A DNA stretch of 64,000 nucleotides from NCBI GenBank assembly GCA_027365485.1, contig DAHXNH010000185.1, positions 955 to 64,954 of the forward strand, in the 5' to 3' direction. Origin of the DNA: Clostridiales bacterium (lineage in GTDB: Bacteria > Bacillota > Sulfobacillia > Sulfobacillales > Sulfobacillaceae). The translations under genes and the position numbers were made by a program. The notes beneath the pieces were generated by a model. It searched no databases. It was not told where the DNA came from and saw nothing but the letters and a program-made list of their open reading frames with translations. Below are positions 59,905 to 64,000 of the stretch, piece by piece. The stretch's first letter is position 1; the number at the start of each line of letters is the position of its first letter.

Positions 59905-62493
59905 GTGCGCTGTCCCAGTTGTGGTCAAATCAACGCGAAAACTTCCGCCTATTGCCGTTATTGCGGAAAATCGTTGGCGAGCGTTCGTCCTTCCAAATCC
60001 CAGTCTAGCGGGAGTGTCAAGGGGCCAGCGAAGCCTTCGCGCTCTGTATCAAGCGCGGTTAAGCAAAAAGCCACCAAGGCCAAACCTACGGCCCCCCCGC
60101 CCAAGGGCGGGAAGAGGCGCGTTAGCTGGCTTCGGGTCGTAGGCGCTGTCGGCGGAGTGGTCGTGCTCTTCGTGGTGGGATATGTCGGGGTCCTGACCTA
60201 TCGCGCCTGGAGGACGTTGCCCACGCTCAGCCGCATGATTAATCTCAATACTCAAGGCCAGGATTCGGTGGTGTATGACCGCTATGGGAATAAAGTGGCT
60301 ACGCTCCATGGCTCGGTGAACCGTGTCAATACCCCGTTAAATCAAATTGCCCCGTCGATGCAAAAAGCCCTCATTGACACGGAGGACCACAACTTCTACA
60401 CCAACCCGGGCTTCGACGTGCGCTCGATTGTCCGTGCCGCCTTGGTCGACATCATTCACCATTCGGCAGAACAGGGGGCCAGTACGATTACCGAGCAATT
60501 GGCCAAGGATCTATATTTGAGCGACAACAAGAACCTCACCCGAAAGCTGCAGGAGTTTATCATCGGATTAGAACTGGCGCGCATCTACTCGAAACAGCAG
60601 ATTCTTGACATGTATCTGAACGACGTCTATCTCGGAGATGGTGCTACGGGGATTTATGCAGCCGCTCGCGCCTATTTTAACGAGTCTCCCAGCCAATTGA
60701 CCTTGGCCCAATCCAGTCTGATAGCCGGTCTCCCACAAGCCCCCTCCTTGTATGATCCTTTAGTGAATTTGCGCTTGGCCAAGGCTCGCCAGCGCATCGT
60801 CCTCCAATCGATGGTGAAATATGGAGGGTTGAGCCAATCGGCGGCAAATGCCGCTTACAATGCCCCCTTGCACTTGACCAATGGGCAGTCGTTAACCGCT
60901 ACCGCCGCCAACGGGCAAATGTATCCTTACCCGTGGTATATCGATCAAGTGGTGACCGTCTTGCGTCAACAAGGCTTTTCCATGAACCAAATTTTTGATG
61001 GCGGTCTCAAGATTTATACCGGCCTCGATCCCACCATTTATACCATCGCTCAAAATGCGGTCGATACTTGGATGAATCAGTTGTTTGGCCCTTCGAGCCT
61101 GGCCGTTCCAAACCATCAGGCCGCAGTCGTGGTCGAAGACCCGCAAAACGGAGAGATTTTAGCCGATATCGGCGGCCGCACCCATGTTGGCGCTTTCCCA
61201 CTCAATTACGCGACGTCGCCTGAAGTTCAACGTTCTACGGGATCATCGATCAAACCCTTGATCGATTACACGCCTGCGCTCGCCAAAGGCTACACCATGC
61301 TTTCGGTGATTCAAGACGTTCCCATCTTTCAAAACGTCAACGGGGAAGCCTGGTGGCCCCAAAACGACAACCATTTATACCGGGGCTATATGGACCTCAG
61401 AAATGCTTTGGCGATTTCCGACAATGACGTGGCAGTCAAGCTGCTTCATGATATCGGCCTTAACTACGGCTTCAACTTTGCTAAGAACCGATTCGCCCTG
61501 CCACTCACTCCCGATGATGAACAACTTGGTGCGGCCATTGGCGGTCTTGACCACGGCGTCAATGCCCTGGATATGACCCAAGCGTATGCCACATTTCCCA
61601 ACGGCGGGGTGCGCATGAAACCGATTTGGGTGACCAAAGTGATTAATCAATACGGCGCAACGATCTACCAAGATGTGCCTCAAGGCACGGTCGTCACCAC
61701 CCCTCAAGTCGCCTTCATTATGACCAAAATGATGCAATGGGTCCTCGACCCTAAAGAAATTCCGGGTATCGGTCCGGGTGCCTATGCTACCGGCTACCAA
61801 CTGGGGATTGGTCGGCCCGCAGCGGGAAAGACTGGCACCAACAACGGCGAAGAGGATGCATGGTTTATGGGATTCGAACCGCAATTGGTGGTTGGAGTCT
61901 GGGAAGGCGACAAACTCGGAGAAATTCCCCAAAATACAACAAACGGCCCAGCCTATGGCGCCACTGCCGCCGGCCCCATTTGGCGGCAAATTATGGAGCA
62001 AACCAACGCCGCCCTCAAAATCCCGTCCACGCCTTTCCCCACGCCGAGCGGGGTCACCTTTGTTTCTCACATCAGCACCACCTCTGGGGAATTAGCCAGC
62101 GCCTATACCCCTAAGGTCGATGTTCAAGGAGGTTGGTTTATTGACGGCACCCAGCCGACCACGGTCGGCGACACCCATTATCTGGCGAAAGTCTCCGCAG
62201 CGGACCCGGGCGAACTGTGGCAGCCAGGATGCGGCCCTTATGTCTCTTCGGTGTTCCTCCGCCGCGAATCGGACTGGCATCCCGGAGTGCCCTTGCCCTG
62301 GGATTCTATGTATTGGGCTCCGACCAAGTATTGCTCACCGCTAACCCCGCCGACCAATCCCTCTCCACCAGCAGCAGGCAACGCGCAGAAACACGGAGGC
62401 GGCTCCGGCAAGACGTCCCCAGGCCTGCCCCCGACGGCAACGACACCGCCGGGGCTCGAGCCCAAGCCGGGAGTTGGTCATCGCCCGCTTTAA
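59905..62493 (+). CDS. class A penicillin-binding protein (PBP1A-type transglycosylase/transpeptidase) with N-terminal zinc ribbon
   Basis: GT51 motifs EDHNFY, GASTITEQ and RKLQE. Transpeptidase motifs STGSSIKP, SDN and KTGT. N-terminal CPSCG...CRYCG. GTG at 59905 follows AAGAGGTG. Confidence 0.9.
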   Translation: MRCPSCGQINAKTSAYCRYCGKSLASVRPSKSQSSGSVKGPAKPSRSVSSAVKQKATKAKPTAPPPKGGKRRVSWLRVVGAVGGVVVLFVVGYVGVLTYRAWRTLPTLSRMINLNTQGQDSVVYDRYGNKVATLHGSVNRVNTPLNQIAPSMQKALIDTEDHNFYTNPGFDVRSIVRAALVDIIHHSAEQGASTITEQLAKDLYLSDNKNLTRKLQEFIIGLELARIYSKQQILDMYLNDVYLGDGATGIYAAARAYFNESPSQLTLAQSSLIAGLPQAPSLYDPLVNLRLAKARQRIVLQSMVKYGGLSQSAANAAYNAPLHLTNGQSLTATAANGQMYPYPWYIDQVVTVLRQQGFSMNQIFDGGLKIYTGLDPTIYTIAQNAVDTWMNQLFGPSSLAVPNHQAAVVVEDPQNGEILADIGGRTHVGAFPLNYATSPEVQRSTGSSIKPLIDYTPALAKGYTMLSVIQDVPIFQNVNGEAWWPQNDNHLYRGYMDLRNALAISDNDVAVKLLHDIGLNYGFNFAKNRFALPLTPDDEQLGAAIGGLDHGVNALDMTQAYATFPNGGVRMKPIWVTKVINQYGATIYQDVPQGTVVTTPQVAFIMTKMMQWVLDPKEIPGIGPGAYATGYQLGIGRPAAGKTGTNNGEEDAWFMGFEPQLVVGVWEGDKLGEIPQNTTNGPAYGATAAGPIWRQIMEQTNAALKIPSTPFPTPSGVTFVSHISTTSGELASAYTPKVDVQGGWFIDGTQPTTVGDTHYLAKVSAADPGELWQPGCGPYVSSVFLRRESDWHPGVPLPWDSMYWAPTKYCSPLTPPTNPSPPAAGNAQKHGGGSGKTSPGLPPTATTPPGLEPKPGVGHRPL

Positions 62494-62851
62494 ATCTTCC
62501 CCAGCACTCACCTCAACCATCCATTTTTTCTCGGCCGCCGAGGTCCCCGCTCAGGCGTAAGGGTCGACTGAGCGGTCACGCCTCCGCATATAGCCTTCCT
62601 TCCGTGGCCCACAATCAGCACCAGACCCGCCCTCCCCTTCCCCCGGTGATTAAGGGCTCGTCTCGAGCACCTAGCCCTCCTTAGAGGTACCCCTGCGTCG
62701 ATGCCACCGGGCTCTCACGAGCCCGGTCGTCGTGAATGACCTTAACGTTATCCATTGTCGAATATTGAGAGGGTTCCGCTCGCTAAGACAAGATGCCCGA
62801 CTGTAGGGGGACGCTTTTTTCATGACCGACCCAAACGGGCGCACAAAAAAA

Positions 62852-62905
62852 AACCAGAAGAAAACCGGCGGATGAAAGATTAGGACGCCCGCGTTCTTCC
62901 GGTTT
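62852..62905. terminator. possible bidirectional terminator between the PBP gene and rnc
   Basis: AACCAGAAGAA pairs with TTCTTCCGGTT (11 bp, 1 mismatch; alternative pairing AAACCGG/CCGGTTT). It is flanked by A9 upstream and a T-rich tail downstream. The large loop makes it non-canonical. Confidence 0.3.
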
Positions 62906-63042
62906 GATGCTATTTTTGCAAAGTCTCAAGGTAAAAAATTGAACCCGCCCGCCGAGGAATTTCTTGATGAATGATTGCTAAGATGACCTGGCTTACCCTT
63001 CTGTCCGCCATCTGCCTTCTCCCATCTAGGGATCGTCAGAAG

Positions 63043-63789
63043 TCACAATGGATGGGAATGCAATCCGGTAGAATCCGGGGAGTCGCCACGATAGTTGGCG
63101 GGCAAAGCCCCTCCTTCTTCCAGCAACTTCTTCAATCCGAGATTGGCGCATTTTTGTTCGGCTTCCTTTTTGCTCCGACCCACGGCACGAACCATCGCTT
63201 GTCCGTTAACCATCAGTTCAATTTCAAATGTCTTGTCGTGATCCGGACCGTACGCCTGAACCAACACGTATTGCACTTCGCCGCCACGCTTACGAATATA
63301 CTCTCCTAGCGCGGTTTTATGGTCTCGTCCGGTTTCCCGAGCTTCGACAGTCGTCAACGCAAAATCGAGATAGTCGGCAATAAAAGCCTTGGCTCGCTCC
63401 AATCCTCCATCCAAATAGATCGCCCCGATAAGGGCTTCCACCGCGTCCGCCAATAACGATGCCTTGTGCCGTCCGCCGCTTCGTTCTTCGCCGCGACCCA
63501 AATACAGGTGTGCCCCCATCTGCAATCGTTCGGCCGCTTCGGCCAACGTCGGTTCACAGACGATGGCCGCCCGGGCTTGGCTTAGTCGACCCTCGGGCCA
63601 TGAAGGATTGGCTTGATACAACCATTCCGTCACCACCAGTTGCAATACCGAGTCTCCCAAAAATTCCAAGCGTTCGTTGTGCGTCTCTCGACGCTGCCCC
63701 TCATTGGCGTACGATGAGTGCGTCAACGCTTGACGGAGCAAAACCGGATTGTCCACCCAACTCGATAAGGGTCTCGGCTCACTGGGCAT
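63043..63789 (-). CDS. rnc: ribonuclease III
   Basis: Signature [11 protein letters not shown] and a C-terminal dsRBD. ATG at 63789 lies 10 nt after GGAGGAG. Confidence 0.9.
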   Translation of the reverse strand: MPSEPRPLSSWVDNPVLLRQALTHSSYANEGQRRETHNERLEFLGDSVLQLVVTEWLYQANPSWPEGRLSQARAAIVCEPTLAEAAERLQMGAHLYLGRGEERSGGRHKASLLADAVEALIGAIYLDGGLERAKAFIADYLDFALTTVEARETGRDHKTALGEYIRKRGGEVQYVLVQAYGPDHDKTFEIELMVNGQAMVRAVGRSKKEAEQKCANLGLKKLLEEGGALPANYRGDSPDSTGLHSHPL

Positions 63790-64000
63790 CTTGCTTAAAC
63801 TCCTCCGCAATCAAAGTTGCGTTCTGACCACCAAATCCGAAAGCGTTTGACATAATCCGCCGAATTCGGGCGGGTCGAGCCTGATTCGGCACATAATCTA
63901 AATCACACTCCGCCGAGGGCTCGTCTAGATTGACCGTCGGGGGCAGAGTTTGATGGCGGATGGCTAAAATTGAGGCGATGAGTTCCACCGCCCCGGCGGC
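63779..64000 (-). CDS. fabF: beta-ketoacyl-ACP synthase II, C-terminal fragment (continues beyond the window)
   Basis: C-terminal motif [13 protein letters not shown]. The ORF is open to the window edge. Confidence 0.85.
   Translation of the reverse strand, partial: AAGAVELIASILAIRHQTLPPTVNLDEPSAECDLDYVPNQARPARIRRIMSNAFGFGGQNATLIAEEFKQDAQ

Noticed and set aside
1-64000. Window-wide search by eye for CRISPR arrays, rRNA, tRNA, tmRNA, SRP RNA and RNase P RNA.
   Set aside because: I found no repeat-spacer periodicity and none of the hallmark motifs (GAGGAAAGUCC, GUCAGGUCCGGAAGGAAGCAGC, a tmRNA tag ORF with CCA end). tRNAscan/Infernal would be needed to be certain.

Overview
This 64-kb window looks like chromosomal sequence from a fairly GC-rich Firmicutes-type bacterium. 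The call rests on gene order: xerC(codV)-hslV-hslU-codY and fabF-rnc...smc-ftsY...ylxM-ffh-rpsP-rimM-trmD-rplS-lepB-rbgA-rnhB...topA, almost all on the minus strand. Housekeeping content also includes def, murJ, a class A PBP, ilvC and an Lrp-regulator/aminotransferase pair. Metabolic modules are a methylcitrate operon (prpC-prpD-prpB behind an ABC1/UbiB kinase), a stand-alone paaABCD di-iron oxygenase cluster, and a Cys/Met PLP enzyme with an acyl-CoA synthetase. A glycan-related accessory block spans 8.5-16.6 kb: two secreted clan GH-A hydrolases, an unknown 499-aa protein, a PIG-V-like GT-C membrane protein and an MFS transporter. I saw no rRNA, tRNA or CRISPR array. The best-supported non-coding element is a ydaO/kimA-class c-di-AMP riboswitch at 53.5-53.8 kb on the minus strand. 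It has its own promoter and terminator and sits in front of an SPS-like GT4 plus SPP-like HAD pair, which is inserted into the conserved ftsY/ffh cluster. Other observations: a BI-1/YccA gene broken by a 7-bp tandem duplication; a 240-bp element with perfect 20-bp terminal inverted repeats inside an ORF-poor 1.2-kb stretch; an orphan promoter-plus-terminator small-RNA candidate; a 17-bp perfect hairpin burying the SD and start codon of a GH18 lipoprotein gene; an unexplained 450-bp ORF-poor spacer inside the paa operon; and a wHTH/S24-like regulator with overlapping palindromes upstream. I did not find a clear novel multi-gene system such as a defense island. All family calls come from motif recognition by eye and need database confirmation.
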